From: Halalkalibacterium halodurans
GTDB lineage: Bacteria > Bacillota > Bacilli > Bacillales > Bacillaceae_D
Length of the DNA stretch: 32,000 nt
Direction of reading: 5' to 3'
Assembly: GCF_004376175.1 (NCBI RefSeq)
Contig: NZ_SNUY01000021.1
Span: forward strand, 25,295-57,294
Below are positions 9,522-20,853 of this stretch, piece after piece. The notes under the pieces are model-generated. The model was not told the DNA's origin and did not search any database. It saw nothing but the letters and a program-made list of their open reading frames with translations. Within the stretch, counting starts at the first letter, position 1. Every line of letters begins with the position of its first letter. A program made the translations under genes and the position numbers.

Positions 9522-11090
9522 ATGTTTAAATATTATAACATGGATCAAGTGATTTTGCCGTTAGATTTAGAAGTAAAGCTTCAGGAAAAGGATATTGCCT
9601 ACACTGTAAATGACCTCGTGGAACAGATTCCTGATGAAGCCTTCGCCAGTTTTTTGCGTGACACGGGCAGCCCTGCTTACCATCCACGAATGATGATGAA
9701 AGTGATTTTATGTGCTTACACACAATCTGTTTTCTCCGGAAGAAAAATGGAAGCATTACTCAAGGATAGTATTCGTATGATGTGGCTGGCTCAAGGATAC
9801 GAACCGAGTTACCGTACCATCAATCGCTTTCGTGTCCACGAAGACGTAAAAGAACTACTACGTCAGTGCTTCGTCCAATTTCGTTGCCAGCTTGTGCAGG
9901 AAAAATTGATAGAGGAAGAAGCTATCTTTATTGACGGGACGAAGATCGAAGCGAACGCCAATAAATTTACGTTTGTTTGGCGCAAAGCGACGGAAAAATA
10001 CAGTGCAGCTTTGGTGGAGAAATCCAATCAAATGTATGATGAATTGCTGGAAAAGGAAATTATTCCGATAATAGAACGGGAAGATCAGGAAGAACTATCT
10101 CCTAAAGAACTCCACGAGGTCGTGCAAAAGCTTGACGAGAAAGTGGAGGAATTTGATAAAAAAATTAAAGAAAGTGCAGAAGTAGAGGAACGTAAACAAC
10201 TACGTTCGGAACGCAAAAGATCGAAACAGTACCTCAAACCGTTCAAAGATTTTTTGGCCCGCAAACAAAAATACCAAAACGACATGTCCATATTCGGAGA
10301 GCGTAACAGTTATTCCAAGACGGATCCGGATGCCACTTTTATGCGAATGAAAGATGATTACATGAAGAACGGCCAGCTAAAAGCAGGATATAATGTGCAA
10401 ATTGCGACAGAAGGGCAATATACGCTTGCATTTGATGTCTTCGCAAATCCAACAGATACACGCACGCTTATTCCTTTTCTGGATAAGATTGAGGAACACT
10501 TCTTTAAGCTGCCCCAGTACATTGTCGCTGATGCAGGGTATGGTAGTGAACAGAATTATGAAGATGTAATGAATCGGGAGTGCACTCCACTTATCACGTA
10601 TAATATGTACCGTAAGGAGAAGAAAAAAAGATATAAAAATAACGACTTTCACTCTGCCAATTGGGAATATGACGAGGAAACAGATTCTTTTACATGTCCA
10701 AACGGGCAAAAGTTGACGTTCCGTTACCTATCAAATCGGAAAGATAAAAGTGGTTTTACACGAGCATTTAAAGTCTACGAGTGTGAGGATTGTTCAGGTT
10801 GCCCATTCCGTTCCCAATGCACCAAGGCTAAAGAAGGCCATAACCGAAAAATACACTACAATGAAAAATGGGAACAGCAAAAGGAATCCATCAGACAAAA
10901 GCTTTCAGAAGAGAAAACGGGCGAAATCTACGGTAAACGTAAGATTGATGTGGAACCAGTCTTCGGATTTTTGAAGGCTAATTTGGGTTTCACTCGTATG
11001 TCAGTGAGAGGAAAAGAGAAGGTAAAAAATGAATTAGGTTTTGCATTCATGGCGGTGAACTTGAGAAAGTACACCGCCATGAGCAGTTAA
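9522..11090 (+). CDS. DDE transposase, IS1182-family-like
   Basis: 522-aa ORF with an InsH/DUF772-type N-domain (YHPRMMMKVILCAYTQSVFSGRKMEALL). Candidate DDE residues lie in IFIDGTKIEANAN, YIVADAGYGSEQNY and IDVEPVFGFLK. A Cys cluster CPNG...CEDCSGCPFRSQC is present. The family call is from memory of Bacillus IS1182-family transposases, not from a search. Confidence 0.88.
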   Translation: MFKYYNMDQVILPLDLEVKLQEKDIAYTVNDLVEQIPDEAFASFLRDTGSPAYHPRMMMKVILCAYTQSVFSGRKMEALLKDSIRMMWLAQGYEPSYRTINRFRVHEDVKELLRQCFVQFRCQLVQEKLIEEEAIFIDGTKIEANANKFTFVWRKATEKYSAALVEKSNQMYDELLEKEIIPIIEREDQEELSPKELHEVVQKLDEKVEEFDKKIKESAEVEERKQLRSERKRSKQYLKPFKDFLARKQKYQNDMSIFGERNSYSKTDPDATFMRMKDDYMKNGQLKAGYNVQIATEGQYTLAFDVFANPTDTRTLIPFLDKIEEHFFKLPQYIVADAGYGSEQNYEDVMNRECTPLITYNMYRKEKKKRYKNNDFHSANWEYDEETDSFTCPNGQKLTFRYLSNRKDKSGFTRAFKVYECEDCSGCPFRSQCTKAKEGHNRKIHYNEKWEQQKESIRQKLSEEKTGEIYGKRKIDVEPVFGFLKANLGFTRMSVRGKEKVKNELGFAFMAVNLRKYTAMSS

Positions 11091-11181
11091 TAGGACAACA
11101 GATGACCAAAAATACAACTAAAAAGGGTCCAAACATCTTATTTTGATGGTCGGCCCTTTCTACAATTACTTCTTAGTTAGA

Positions 11182-11197
11182 TTTGTCCCAGCCTCTT
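11182..11197. repeat. Right terminal inverted repeat of the IS
   Basis: Exact reverse complement of 9215-9230. A run of six T (11196-11201) spans its last two bases and the flank. Confidence 0.8.
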
Positions 11198-11913
11198 TTT
11201 TGGCTTCGTTTGGAACGGTCGTGCGTGAAATTACATTAAATCTGGACCAGTGAGGATGTGTGGTTTTGAAGCGGCTAGTTTCTTTGTTGACAACCTTTCG
11301 ACTGAATGATCTTCCGTATTGGAGAATACTCGACTTTTACGAAGGTGGAATTTCTATTAAAAACGCTATCGAATACCATTACGCAGAGGACTAAGGCTAA
11401 TGCAATAAGAAATTGATTCTGCAGGAAAATATGGAGACAAGCTGACTCATATTTTTGTAGAGACTGAGTTTGAGACTGTAAAGAAGCTTTATACGTGTTG
11501 CCGGTCGATCGCTCTTACTTTGAAGGGGGGTGCTACTCCGTTTTTATGAAGGGAGAGGCAACAGGATCTTAAGCCTTCCGGATTACGAAATGGAGCCCAT
11601 AGTAAATACCCGTTACTACTATCTATTTAGAATTATGAAGTAGTAGGCGTTGAAGTTAAGGAGTCTTTTGCCGTCATGGGGAATTCAACTAAATGAACCA
11701 GAGATTCGAGCAATGGCACACGAAGGGAATAGCCGATTTGACCGATGAGTAGAAAATGGAAAGATAAACATAGCACCCACTATTTTCTCTTTAATTTAAT
11801 ATGAAAACCTTAAAAACCGTATGGTAATCAATAATAAGATAGAACTGGAAGGGCTTGCACTCTTAAGTTTCAGCATTTATAATAGAAAAAGTGTGACCAA
11901 CGCATATTTACAC
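11198..11913. other. ORF-poor, AT-rich spacer of unknown function (possible decayed gene remnants)
   Basis: The six-frame track lists no ORF of 60 aa or more between 11090 and 11980. My manual translation shows frequent stops in all + frames. The stretch occupies the position of ybaC in B. subtilis. Confidence 0.5.
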
Positions 11914-11942
11914 TTGCTTTGGTTTTTTTCGTTGTGTATAAT
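11914..11942 (+). promoter_or_regulatory. Candidate sigma-A promoter of the S10 operon
   Basis: TTGCTT (11914-11919), a 17-nt spacer, then TATAAT (11937-11942). It lies about 135 nt upstream of rpsJ. Confidence 0.55.
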
Positions 11943-11970
11943 ATTGAATGTTGGTCATTGACAGCGATGA

Positions 11971-12384
<414 letters not shown>

Positions 12385-12452
12385 TGGAAGCTCAATTATA
12401 AATAATGGCAAAACTCATTAAAAATTTTCTTATTTATTAGGAGGTGTGACGG

Positions 12453-13082
12453 ATGTCCAAAGGAATCTTAGGAAAAAAAGTAGGTATGACTCAAGTGTTT
12501 GCTGAAAACGGTGATGTCATTCCTGTAACTGTCATTGAAGCTGCGCCAAACGTTGTTCTTCAAAAGAAAACGGTTGATTCAGACGGATATGAAGCAGTTC
12601 AACTTGGTTTTGATGATCAGAAACAAAACAATGCAAACAAGCCGGAAAAAGGCCATGCAGCAAAGGCTGAAACGGCACCTAAGCGCTTCATCAAGGAAAT
12701 CCGTGGAGTGAATCTTGACGAGTTTGAAGTAGGTCAAGAGATCAAAGTAGATGCATTTGCAGAAGGAGACATTGTTGACGTGACAGGCACGTCAAAAGGG
12801 AAAGGTTTTGCTGGTGCGATCAAGCGCCACAACCAAGCTCGTGGTCCTATGTCTCACGGTTCTCGTTACCATCGTCGTCCTGGTTCAATGGGTCCTGTTG
12901 ATCCGAACCGCGTATTCAAAGGTAAAGCATTACCTGGGCGCATGGGTGGAGAACAAGTTACGGTACAAAACTTAGAAATTATCAAGGTGGACGCGGAGCG
13001 CAACCTTCTTTTAGTCAAAGGGAACGTCCCTGGTGCGAAGAAGAGTTACGTTACGGTACGCAGTGCGATTAAATCTAAATAA
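12453..13082 (+). CDS. rplC: 50S ribosomal protein L3
   Basis: [30 protein letters not shown]..., 209 aa. SD AGGAGGTG lies upstream. Confidence 0.98.
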   Translation: MSKGILGKKVGMTQVFAENGDVIPVTVIEAAPNVVLQKKTVDSDGYEAVQLGFDDQKQNNANKPEKGHAAKAETAPKRFIKEIRGVNLDEFEVGQEIKVDAFAEGDIVDVTGTSKGKGFAGAIKRHNQARGPMSHGSRYHRRPGSMGPVDPNRVFKGKALPGRMGGEQVTVQNLEIIKVDAERNLLLVKGNVPGAKKSYVTVRSAIKSK

Positions 13083-13104
13083 TTAAGGGAAAGGAGGGCA
13101 CATC

Positions 13105-13728
13105 ATGCCGAAAGTTGCTTTATACAACCAAGCAGGTTCTCAAGTTGGAGACATCGAATTATCTGATGCGGTGTTTGGTATTGAGCCAAACGAAAATGTA
13201 TTACATGATGCTGTTGTGATGCAGCAAGCTTCTTTACGTCAAGGTACTCACAAAACCAAAACTCGTTCAGAAGTACGTGGTGGAGGCCGTAAGCCATGGC
13301 GTCAAAAAGGAACTGGTCGTGCGCGCCAAGGTTCGATCCGTTCACCACAATGGGTTGGTGGTGGTACTGTATTTGGACCAACACCACGTAGCTACAGCTA
13401 CAAGCTTCCTAAAAAAGTACGTCGCTTAGCGATTAAATCTGCGCTTTCTAGCAAAGTGAAAGCAGAAGAAATCGTAGTATTGGAAAGCTTAGCGCTTGAA
13501 GCTCCAAAAACAAAAGAAATGGCTAGCATTCTTTCAGGTCTTTCTGTTGACAGAAAAGCCCTTGTTGTTACAGCTGACTACAACGATAACGTTGCTTTGT
13601 CTGCTCGCAACATCCCTGGCGTAACCTTCGTTACAGCTGAAGGTGTCAACGTACTTGACGTGATCAAGCATGATAAGCTCATCATCACAAAGGATGCGGT
13701 CGAAAAGGTAGAGGAGGTGCTCGCATAA
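13105..13728 (+). CDS. rplD: 50S ribosomal protein L4
   Basis: [29 protein letters not shown]..., 207 aa, in the expected syntenic position. Confidence 0.98.
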   Translation: MPKVALYNQAGSQVGDIELSDAVFGIEPNENVLHDAVVMQQASLRQGTHKTKTRSEVRGGGRKPWRQKGTGRARQGSIRSPQWVGGGTVFGPTPRSYSYKLPKKVRRLAIKSALSSKVKAEEIVVLESLALEAPKTKEMASILSGLSVDRKALVVTADYNDNVALSARNIPGVTFVTAEGVNVLDVIKHDKLIITKDAVEKVEEVLA

Positions 13729-14018
13729 TGTCAAACGCTCGCGATGTCATTAAGCGCCCCGTCATTACGGAACGTTCTACCGAAGTCATGGGAGATAAAA
13801 AGTACACGTTTGAAGTAGACGTTCGTGCGAACAAGACGCAAATCAAAGATGCGATTGAAGAAATCTTTGATGTAAAAGTTGCTAAAGTAAACACGATGAA
13901 CTATAAAGGTAAGCCTAAGCGTTTCGGACGTTACACAGGGTTTACAGCTCGTCGTAAAAAAGCCATTGTGACACTTACACCTGATAGCAAAGAACTCGAC
14001 TTCTTTGAAGGTGTGTAA
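13728..14018 (+). CDS. rplW: 50S ribosomal protein L23
   Basis: [47 protein letters not shown].... Its ATG overlaps the rplD TAA by 1 nt (ATAATG). Confidence 0.98.
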   Translation: MSNARDVIKRPVITERSTEVMGDKKYTFEVDVRANKTQIKDAIEEIFDVKVAKVNTMNYKGKPKRFGRYTGFTARRKKAIVTLTPDSKELDFFEGV

Positions 14019-14046
14019 AGATTAAAAGAGAAGGAGGGAACTGAAG

Positions 14047-14877
14047 ATGGCGATTAAGAAGTATAAACCGACCAGTGCCGGTCGTCGTGGCATGTCTACA
14101 TTAGATTTCGCTGAAATCACCACGGACAAACCGGAAAAGTCGTTGCTTGCTCCATTGCATAAAAAAGGTGGACGCAACAACCAAGGAAAAATGACGGTTC
14201 GTCACCAAGGTGGCGGTCATAAACGTCAATATCGTATCATCGATTTCAAACGCAACAAAGATGGAATTCCAGGACGCGTTGCTACGATCGAATATGATCC
14301 AAACCGTTCTGCAAACATTGCACTTATCAACTATGTGGACGGAGAGAAGCGTTACATTTTAGCTCCAAAAGGGTTAAAAGTTGGCATGACCATTGAGTCT
14401 GGTCCAGAAGCGGACATCAAAGTAGGTAACGCACTTCCGCTTAAAAACATCCCTGTTGGTACAGTTATCCACAACATCGAGTTGAAGCCTGGAAAAGGTG
14501 GACAGCTCGTACGTTCTGCAGGTGCAGAAGCTCAACTTCTTGGTAAAGAAGGAGACTACGTTCTCGTACGTCTTAACTCTGGTGAGACTCGTTACATCCT
14601 AGCGACTTGCCGTGCGACTATTGGTCAAGTTGGAAACCTTGAGCATGAGCTTGTGAACATTGGTAAAGCTGGACGTTCTCGCTGGTTAGGCAAGCGCCCA
14701 ACCGTTCGTGGATCTGCGATGAACCCTAACGATCACCCACACGGTGGTGGTGAAGGTCGTGCACCAATCGGACGTAAGTCACCAATGTCTCCATGGGGCA
14801 AGCCGACACTTGGTTACAAAACTCGTAAGAAAAACAAAGCATCTGATAAGTACATTGTACGTCGTCGTAAAAAATAA
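14047..14877 (+). CDS. rplB: 50S ribosomal protein L2
   Basis: [21 protein letters not shown]...HPHGGGEGR..., 276 aa. Confidence 0.98.
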   Translation: MAIKKYKPTSAGRRGMSTLDFAEITTDKPEKSLLAPLHKKGGRNNQGKMTVRHQGGGHKRQYRIIDFKRNKDGIPGRVATIEYDPNRSANIALINYVDGEKRYILAPKGLKVGMTIESGPEADIKVGNALPLKNIPVGTVIHNIELKPGKGGQLVRSAGAEAQLLGKEGDYVLVRLNSGETRYILATCRATIGQVGNLEHELVNIGKAGRSRWLGKRPTVRGSAMNPNDHPHGGGEGRAPIGRKSPMSPWGKPTLGYKTRKKNKASDKYIVRRRKK

Positions 14878-14937
14878 CGGGGTTGTGCTGCGGTTCTTAG
14901 AAAAGAACCGTGGGCAATCACGAAGGGAGGTACACAC

Positions 14938-15216
14938 ATGGGTCGTAGTTTAAAAAAGGGACCTTTTGTCGATGACCACTTAATGAAAAAGATTGAAACA
15001 TTAAATGAAAGCAATGACAAGAAAGTCGTGAAGACTTGGTCTCGTCGTTCAACGATTTTCCCAGAATTCGTCGGACATACAATTGCCGTATACGATGGTC
15101 GCAAGCATGTACCGGTTTATATCTCTGAAGACATGGTCGGACACAAGCTTGGAGAATTCGCACCAACTCGTACGTACAAAGGGCATGCTGCTGACGATAA
15201 GAAAACAAGACGTTAA
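14938..15216 (+). CDS. rpsS: 30S ribosomal protein S19
   Basis: [20 protein letters not shown]...[16 protein letters not shown], 92 aa. Confidence 0.98.
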   Translation: MGRSLKKGPFVDDHLMKKIETLNESNDKKVVKTWSRRSTIFPEFVGHTIAVYDGRKHVPVYISEDMVGHKLGEFAPTRTYKGHAADDKKTRR

Positions 15217-15248
15217 TTGTTAATTGATGAAGAGGGGAGGTCCTGACT

Positions 15249-15590
15249 ATGCAAGCGAAAGCTGTAGCGAAACAAGTGCGCATTGCTCCTCGTAAGGCTC
15301 GCCTTGTGATTGATCTTATCCGTGGAAAGCAAGTAGGAGAAGCGATTGCCATTTTAAAACATACGCCTAAAGCAGCTTCACCAATTATCGAAAAGGTTTT
15401 AAATTCCGCAATTGCCAACGCAGAGCACAACTATGAAATGGAACCAAATAACCTAGTAATTAGTGAAGCATTTGTGGATGAGGGTGTAACACTCAAACGT
15501 TTCCGTCCACGTGCAATGGGACGTGCAAGCCGTATTAACAAGCGCACTAGCCATATTACGATTGTTGTAACAGAAAAGAAGGAGGGATAA
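15249..15590 (+). CDS. rplV: 50S ribosomal protein L22
   Basis: [41 protein letters not shown]..., 113 aa. Confidence 0.98.
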   Translation: MQAKAVAKQVRIAPRKARLVIDLIRGKQVGEAIAILKHTPKAASPIIEKVLNSAIANAEHNYEMEPNNLVISEAFVDEGVTLKRFRPRAMGRASRINKRTSHITIVVTEKKEG

Positions 15591-15593
15591 AGC

Positions 15594-16883
<1,290 letters not shown>

Positions 16884-16906
16884 CGGATAAAAAGGAGGTT
16901 TGCTGA

Positions 16907-17167
16907 ATGGAGCGCAACCAACGTAAGGTTTACACTGGTCGTGTCGTATCCGACAAAATGGATAAGACCATTACCGTCCTTGTAGAAACTTACAAAAAAG
17001 ACCGTTTATACGGAAAGCGTGTAAAGTACTCTAAAAAATTCAAAGCGCATGATGAGAACAACTCTGCGAAAATGGGAGATATCGTTCGCATCCAAGAAAC
17101 TCGCCCGCTTTCAAAAGATAAACATTTCCGCTTAGTTGAAATTGTAGAAGAAGCAGTTATTATCTAA
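16907..17167 (+). CDS. rpsQ: 30S ribosomal protein S17
   Basis: [50 protein letters not shown]..., 86 aa. Confidence 0.98.
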   Translation: MERNQRKVYTGRVVSDKMDKTITVLVETYKKDRLYGKRVKYSKKFKAHDENNSAKMGDIVRIQETRPLSKDKHFRLVEIVEEAVII

Positions 17168-17203
17168 TTGCCATCGTCTTGATCCGAAGGGAGGTAAGAT
17201 CGA

Positions 17204-17572
17204 ATGATCCAACAAGAAAGCCGTTTAAAAGTAGCTGATAACTCTGGTGCTCGTGAATTGCTTTGCATTAAAGTGCTAGGTGGTTCTGGACGCAAGACTG
17301 CGAACATTGGTGACGTTATCGTTTGCTCTGTCAAGCAAGCAACACCAGGGGGCGTTGTCAAGAAGGGTGACGTTGTAAAAGCGGTTATCGTCCGTTCTAA
17401 GAGCGGTGTTCGTCGTAACGATGGTTCGTACATTAAGTTTGACGAGAACGCTGCTGTGATCGTTCGTGACGATAAGAGCCCGCGTGGGACTCGTATTTTC
17501 GGACCGGTTGCACGTGAACTTCGTGACAATCAATTCATGAAAATCGTTTCTTTAGCTCCGGAAGTTCTTTAA
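17204..17572 (+). CDS. rplN: 50S ribosomal protein L14
   Basis: [31 protein letters not shown]..., 122 aa. Confidence 0.98.
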   Translation: MIQQESRLKVADNSGARELLCIKVLGGSGRKTANIGDVIVCSVKQATPGGVVKKGDVVKAVIVRSKSGVRRNDGSYIKFDENAAVIVRDDKSPRGTRIFGPVARELRDNQFMKIVSLAPEVL

Positions 17573-17618
17573 TCATAGTGAGAATAATTGAAAGGCCTTG
17601 TCAAGGAGGTGCGACAGA

Positions 17619-17930
17619 ATGCATGTCAAAAAAGGTGATACGGTAAAGGTCATCTCTGGTAAAGACAAAGGGAAACAAGGTGTGATTTTAGAAGCATATC
17701 CGAAAAAGGATCGTGTACTTGTGGAAGGTGTCAACATCGTGAAGAAACACGCGAAGCCTTCTCAAGAAAATCCACAGGGCGGTATTTTAAATATGGAAGC
17801 CCCAATTCATGTTTCTAATGTTTTACCAATTGACCCGAAAACAGGTGAACCAACTCGTGTTGGCTATAAAGTAGAGAACGGAAAAAAGGTGCGAATTGCT
17901 AAGAAGTCTGGCGAAGTGCTTGACAAGTAG
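17619..17930 (+). CDS. rplX: 50S ribosomal protein L24
   Basis: [39 protein letters not shown]..., 103 aa. ATG 17619 follows SD AAGGAGGTG. The track start at 17598 is an over-extension. Confidence 0.97.
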   Translation: MHVKKGDTVKVISGKDKGKQGVILEAYPKKDRVLVEGVNIVKKHAKPSQENPQGGILNMEAPIHVSNVLPIDPKTGEPTRVGYKVENGKKVRIAKKSGEVLDK

Positions 17931-17956
17931 TCACTGGTTGAAAGGAGGTTTATCGC

Positions 17957-18496
17957 ATGAATCGTTTAAAAGAGAAGTATCAAAAAGAGATCGTTCCTTC
18001 TCTCACAGAGAAGTTTAACTATTCTTCTGTTATGGCTGTGCCAAAACTAGAAAAAATCGTTGTGAACATGGGTGTCGGTGATGCTGTTCAAAACGCAAAA
18101 GCGTTGGATAAAGCTGTAGAAGAGCTCACAGAGATTACAGGTCAAAAACCGATTATTACAAAAGCGAAAAAGTCAATCGCGGGCTTTAAGCTTCGTGAAG
18201 GTATGCCAATCGGCGCGAAAGTAACACTTCGTGGTGAGCGCATGTATGAGTTCTTAGATAAACTCATCTCTGTTTCCCTTCCACGTGTTCGTGATTTCCG
18301 CGGTATTTCGAAAAAGGCGTTCGACGGTCGCGGTAACTACACTCTTGGTGTAAAAGAACAATTAATCTTTCCAGAGATTGATTACGATAAAGTCGATAAA
18401 GTACGCGGAATGGACGTTGTTATCGTCACAACGGCGTCTACGGATGAAGAAGCGCGCGAGCTTCTATCACAAATGGGAATGCCATTTCAAAAATAA
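17957..18496 (+). CDS. rplE: 50S ribosomal protein L5
   Basis: [44 protein letters not shown]..., 179 aa. Confidence 0.98.
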   Translation: MNRLKEKYQKEIVPSLTEKFNYSSVMAVPKLEKIVVNMGVGDAVQNAKALDKAVEELTEITGQKPIITKAKKSIAGFKLREGMPIGAKVTLRGERMYEFLDKLISVSLPRVRDFRGISKKAFDGRGNYTLGVKEQLIFPEIDYDKVDKVRGMDVVIVTTASTDEEARELLSQMGMPFQK

Positions 18497-18509
18497 GTAC
18501 GACTTTTAA

Positions 18510-18710
<201 letters not shown>

Positions 18711-18739
18711 GCCCAAGAACGGGAAGGAGGTAAATATAC

Positions 18740-19138
18740 ATGGTGATGACAGATCCAATTTCTGATATGCTAACTCGCATTCGTAATGCGAATACCGTTC
18801 GTCACGAGAAGCTTGAACTTCCTGCTTCTAAAATCAAGAAGGAAATCGCTGAAATTTTAAAGCGTGAAGGTTTCATTCGTGACTACGAATATATTGAAGA
18901 TAGCAAGCAAGGGGTCATTCGTATTTTCCTTAAATACGGTTCCTCTAACGAGCGTGTAATTACTGGTCTTAAGCGGATTAGTAAGCCAGGACTTCGCGTA
19001 TATGCAAAAGCTGGCGAACTACCACGCGTTTTAGGTGGTCTCGGTATTGCGATCGTTTCTACGTCAAAAGGCGTAATGACGGATAAAGAAGCTCGTCAAC
19101 AACAAGTAGGCGGAGAAGTATTAGCTTACGTTTGGTAA
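18740..19138 (+). CDS. rpsH: 30S ribosomal protein S8
   Basis: [31 protein letters not shown]...GGEVLAYVW, 132 aa. Confidence 0.98.
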   Translation: MVMTDPISDMLTRIRNANTVRHEKLELPASKIKKEIAEILKREGFIRDYEYIEDSKQGVIRIFLKYGSSNERVITGLKRISKPGLRVYAKAGELPRVLGGLGIAIVSTSKGVMTDKEARQQQVGGEVLAYVW

Positions 19139-19169
19139 TTGATCTTGAAGTGAATGGAGGTGTCTAAGC

Positions 19170-19706
19170 ATGTCTCGTATCGGTAATAAGCCGGTTGAAA
19201 TCCCAAGTGGAGTTACAGTTACTGTGAACGGAGCAGATGTAACAGTAAAAGGTCCAAAAGGGGAGTTAAAACGTACGTTCAACCCTGAGATTGTCGTGAA
19301 AGTTGAGGATAATACGGTCGTTGTTGAGCGCCCTTCTGATAAGAAGGAGCACCGTGCTTTACACGGAACAACTCGTAGCCTAATTAGCAACATGGTTGAA
19401 GGAGTATCAAAAGGTTTTGAAAAGTCTCTTGAGCTTGTCGGGGTCGGTTACCGTGCTCAAAAGTCTGGTCAGAAGCTCGTACTTAACGTCGGATACTCAC
19501 ACCCAGTCGAAATCGTTCCTGAGAAAGGAATCGAAATTGAAGTTCCTTCAAACACAAAAGTAACGGTCAAAGGAATTGACAAAGAGCGCGTTGGAGCAGT
19601 TGCTTCTAACATCCGTTCTGTCCGTCTTCCTGAGCCTTACAAAGGCAAAGGGATTCGTTACGAAGGTGAATATGTACGTCGTAAAGAAGGTAAGACTGGT
19701 AAATAA
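19170..19706 (+). CDS. rplF: 50S ribosomal protein L6
   Basis: [33 protein letters not shown]..., 178 aa. Confidence 0.98.
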   Translation: MSRIGNKPVEIPSGVTVTVNGADVTVKGPKGELKRTFNPEIVVKVEDNTVVVERPSDKKEHRALHGTTRSLISNMVEGVSKGFEKSLELVGVGYRAQKSGQKLVLNVGYSHPVEIVPEKGIEIEVPSNTKVTVKGIDKERVGAVASNIRSVRLPEPYKGKGIRYEGEYVRRKEGKTGK

Positions 19707-19737
19707 TCATTAAGATAGCGGAAAGGAATGACGTTCA

Positions 19738-20100
19738 ATGATTACGAAGCCAATTAAAAATGTGGCCCGTAAGAAAAGACACGCTCATGTTCGTCGTACG
19801 ATCACAGGTACTCCTGAACGTCCACGCCTAAATGTTTTCCGTTCTTCAAAGCACATTTACGCACAACTCATCGATGATGTGAACGGCGTAACGGTTGCAG
19901 CAGCTTCTAGCCTTGATAAAGAGCTTAAGCTCGAGAACGGTGGCAATGTCGAAGCGGCGAAAAAAGTAGGGGAACTTGTGGCAAAGCGTGCCTTAGAAAA
20001 AGGGTATAAAACTATCGTATTCGACCGTGGTGGATACGTTTATCACGGACGTGTAGCATCATTAGCAGACGCAGCGCGTGAAGCTGGCCTGCAATTCTAA
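19738..20100 (+). CDS. rplR: 50S ribosomal protein L18
   Basis: [47 protein letters not shown]..., 120 aa. Confidence 0.98.
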   Translation: MITKPIKNVARKKRHAHVRRTITGTPERPRLNVFRSSKHIYAQLIDDVNGVTVAAASSLDKELKLENGGNVEAAKKVGELVAKRALEKGYKTIVFDRGGYVYHGRVASLADAAREAGLQF

Positions 20101-20119
20101 TTACAAAGGAGGGAAAAGA

Positions 20120-20620
20120 ATGCGTCGTATTGACCCAAATACGTTGGAACTTGAAGAAAAAGTAGTTGCGATCAACCGCGTAGCGAAGGTTGTAAAAGGT
20201 GGACGCCGTTTCCGCTTTGCTGCCCTGGTTGTAGTTGGCGATAAAAACGGACGTGTCGGCTTCGGTATGGGGAAAGCACAGGAAGTTCCTGAAGCGATCC
20301 GCAAAGCCGTAGAAGACGCCAAGAAAAACTTAATCGAAGTACCGATCGTTGGTACGACTATTCCTCATGAAATCGTCGGCCGCTTTGGCGCTGGACGTGT
20401 ACTATTAAAACCTGCATCTGAGGGTACTGGGGTTATCGCTGGTGGACCAGTTCGTGCGGTGCTTGACTTAGCTGGTGTCGGCGATATTCTATCTAAGTCC
20501 TTAGGATCCAACAATCCGATCAACATGGTACGTGCTACTGTGAAAGGATTACAGGAACTTAAGCGTGCCGAAGATGTAGCGAAACTTCGCGGTAAAACAG
20601 TAGAAGAGCTGTTAGGATAA
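20120..20620 (+). CDS. rpsE: 30S ribosomal protein S5
   Basis: [41 protein letters not shown]..., 166 aa. ATG 20120 follows SD AAAGGAGGGA. The track start at 20078 is an over-extension. Confidence 0.97.
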   Translation: MRRIDPNTLELEEKVVAINRVAKVVKGGRRFRFAALVVVGDKNGRVGFGMGKAQEVPEAIRKAVEDAKKNLIEVPIVGTTIPHEIVGRFGAGRVLLKPASEGTGVIAGGPVRAVLDLAGVGDILSKSLGSNNPINMVRATVKGLQELKRAEDVAKLRGKTVEELLG

Positions 20621-20633
20621 GGAGGGAAATTAC

Positions 20634-20822
20634 GTGGCTAAAAAGTTAGAAATTACCCTCACTCGTAGTCTCATTGGTCGTCCGCAAGATCAACGTGTGA
20701 CTGTGAATACTTTGGGCTTACGCAAAATGCACCAAACAGTTGTCCAAGAAGACAACGCAGCGATTCGCGGCATGGTGAACAAAGTATCTCACTTAGTGAC
20801 AGTGAAAGAAATCGAAGCGTAA
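20634..20822 (+). CDS. rpmD: 50S ribosomal protein L30
   Basis: GTG start at 20634 after SD AGGAGGGA. (M)[36 protein letters not shown].... Confidence 0.97.
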   Translation: MAKKLEITLTRSLIGRPQDQRVTVNTLGLRKMHQTVVQEDNAAIRGMVNKVSHLVTVKEIEA

Positions 20823-20853
20823 ATCTACATCTTATACATGAGGAGGTGTCAAC

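Larger units (their letters stand above)
9215..11197 (+). mobile_element. IS1182-family-like insertion sequence (1,983 bp), bounded by perfect 16-bp inverted repeats
   Basis: AAGAGGCTGGGACAAA (9215-9230) is the exact reverse complement of TTTGTCCCAGCCTCTT (11182-11197). The repeats enclose one 522-aa DDE transposase ORF. The element interrupts an otherwise conserved tuf-to-rpsJ interval. Confidence 0.8.

Noticed and set aside
9363-9548. 61-aa minus-strand ORF in the IS leader (…CSERSETPSGKAFGEDPAGRFSRGS).
   Set aside because: It is a translation of the GC-rich palindromic cassette. It has no SD, it runs antisense across the transposase start, and its composition reflects the repeat rather than a protein.
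10750-10974. 74-aa alternative-frame + ORF inside the transposase gene. The same applies to 3494..3700 and 3944..4147 in rpoC, 20915..21205 in rplO and 28273..28557 in ecfA2.
   Set aside because: These are embedded out of frame in well-supported genes, with no SD and non-protein-like sequences.
11146-11253. 35-codon ORF reading out of the IS right end across the inverted repeat into flanking DNA (MVGPFYNYFLVRFVPASFLASFGTVVREITLNLDQ).
   Set aside because: It has no SD, is very short and has hydrophobic low-complexity composition. Nothing supports expression. It is noted only because IS-flank fusion ORFs sometimes matter.
11471-11569. Apparent similarity between DFYEGGISI (11330-11356 region) and SYFEGGCYSV (11505-11535 region), suggesting an internal duplication in the orphan spacer.
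   Set aside because: Nucleotide alignment of the two segments is poor beyond about 10 bases, and they are in different frames. I cannot distinguish this from chance without a search.
14918-15430. 170-aa minus-strand ORF overlapping rpsS/rplV. Similar antisense ORFs occur at 16490..16921, 17164..17529, 23579..23947, 25090..25422, 26846..27193 and 30041..30463.
   Set aside because: Each lies entirely antisense to a highly conserved, confidently identified gene. Their composition is low-complexity and Cys/Arg/Ser-rich, with no SD. These are typical shadow ORFs.
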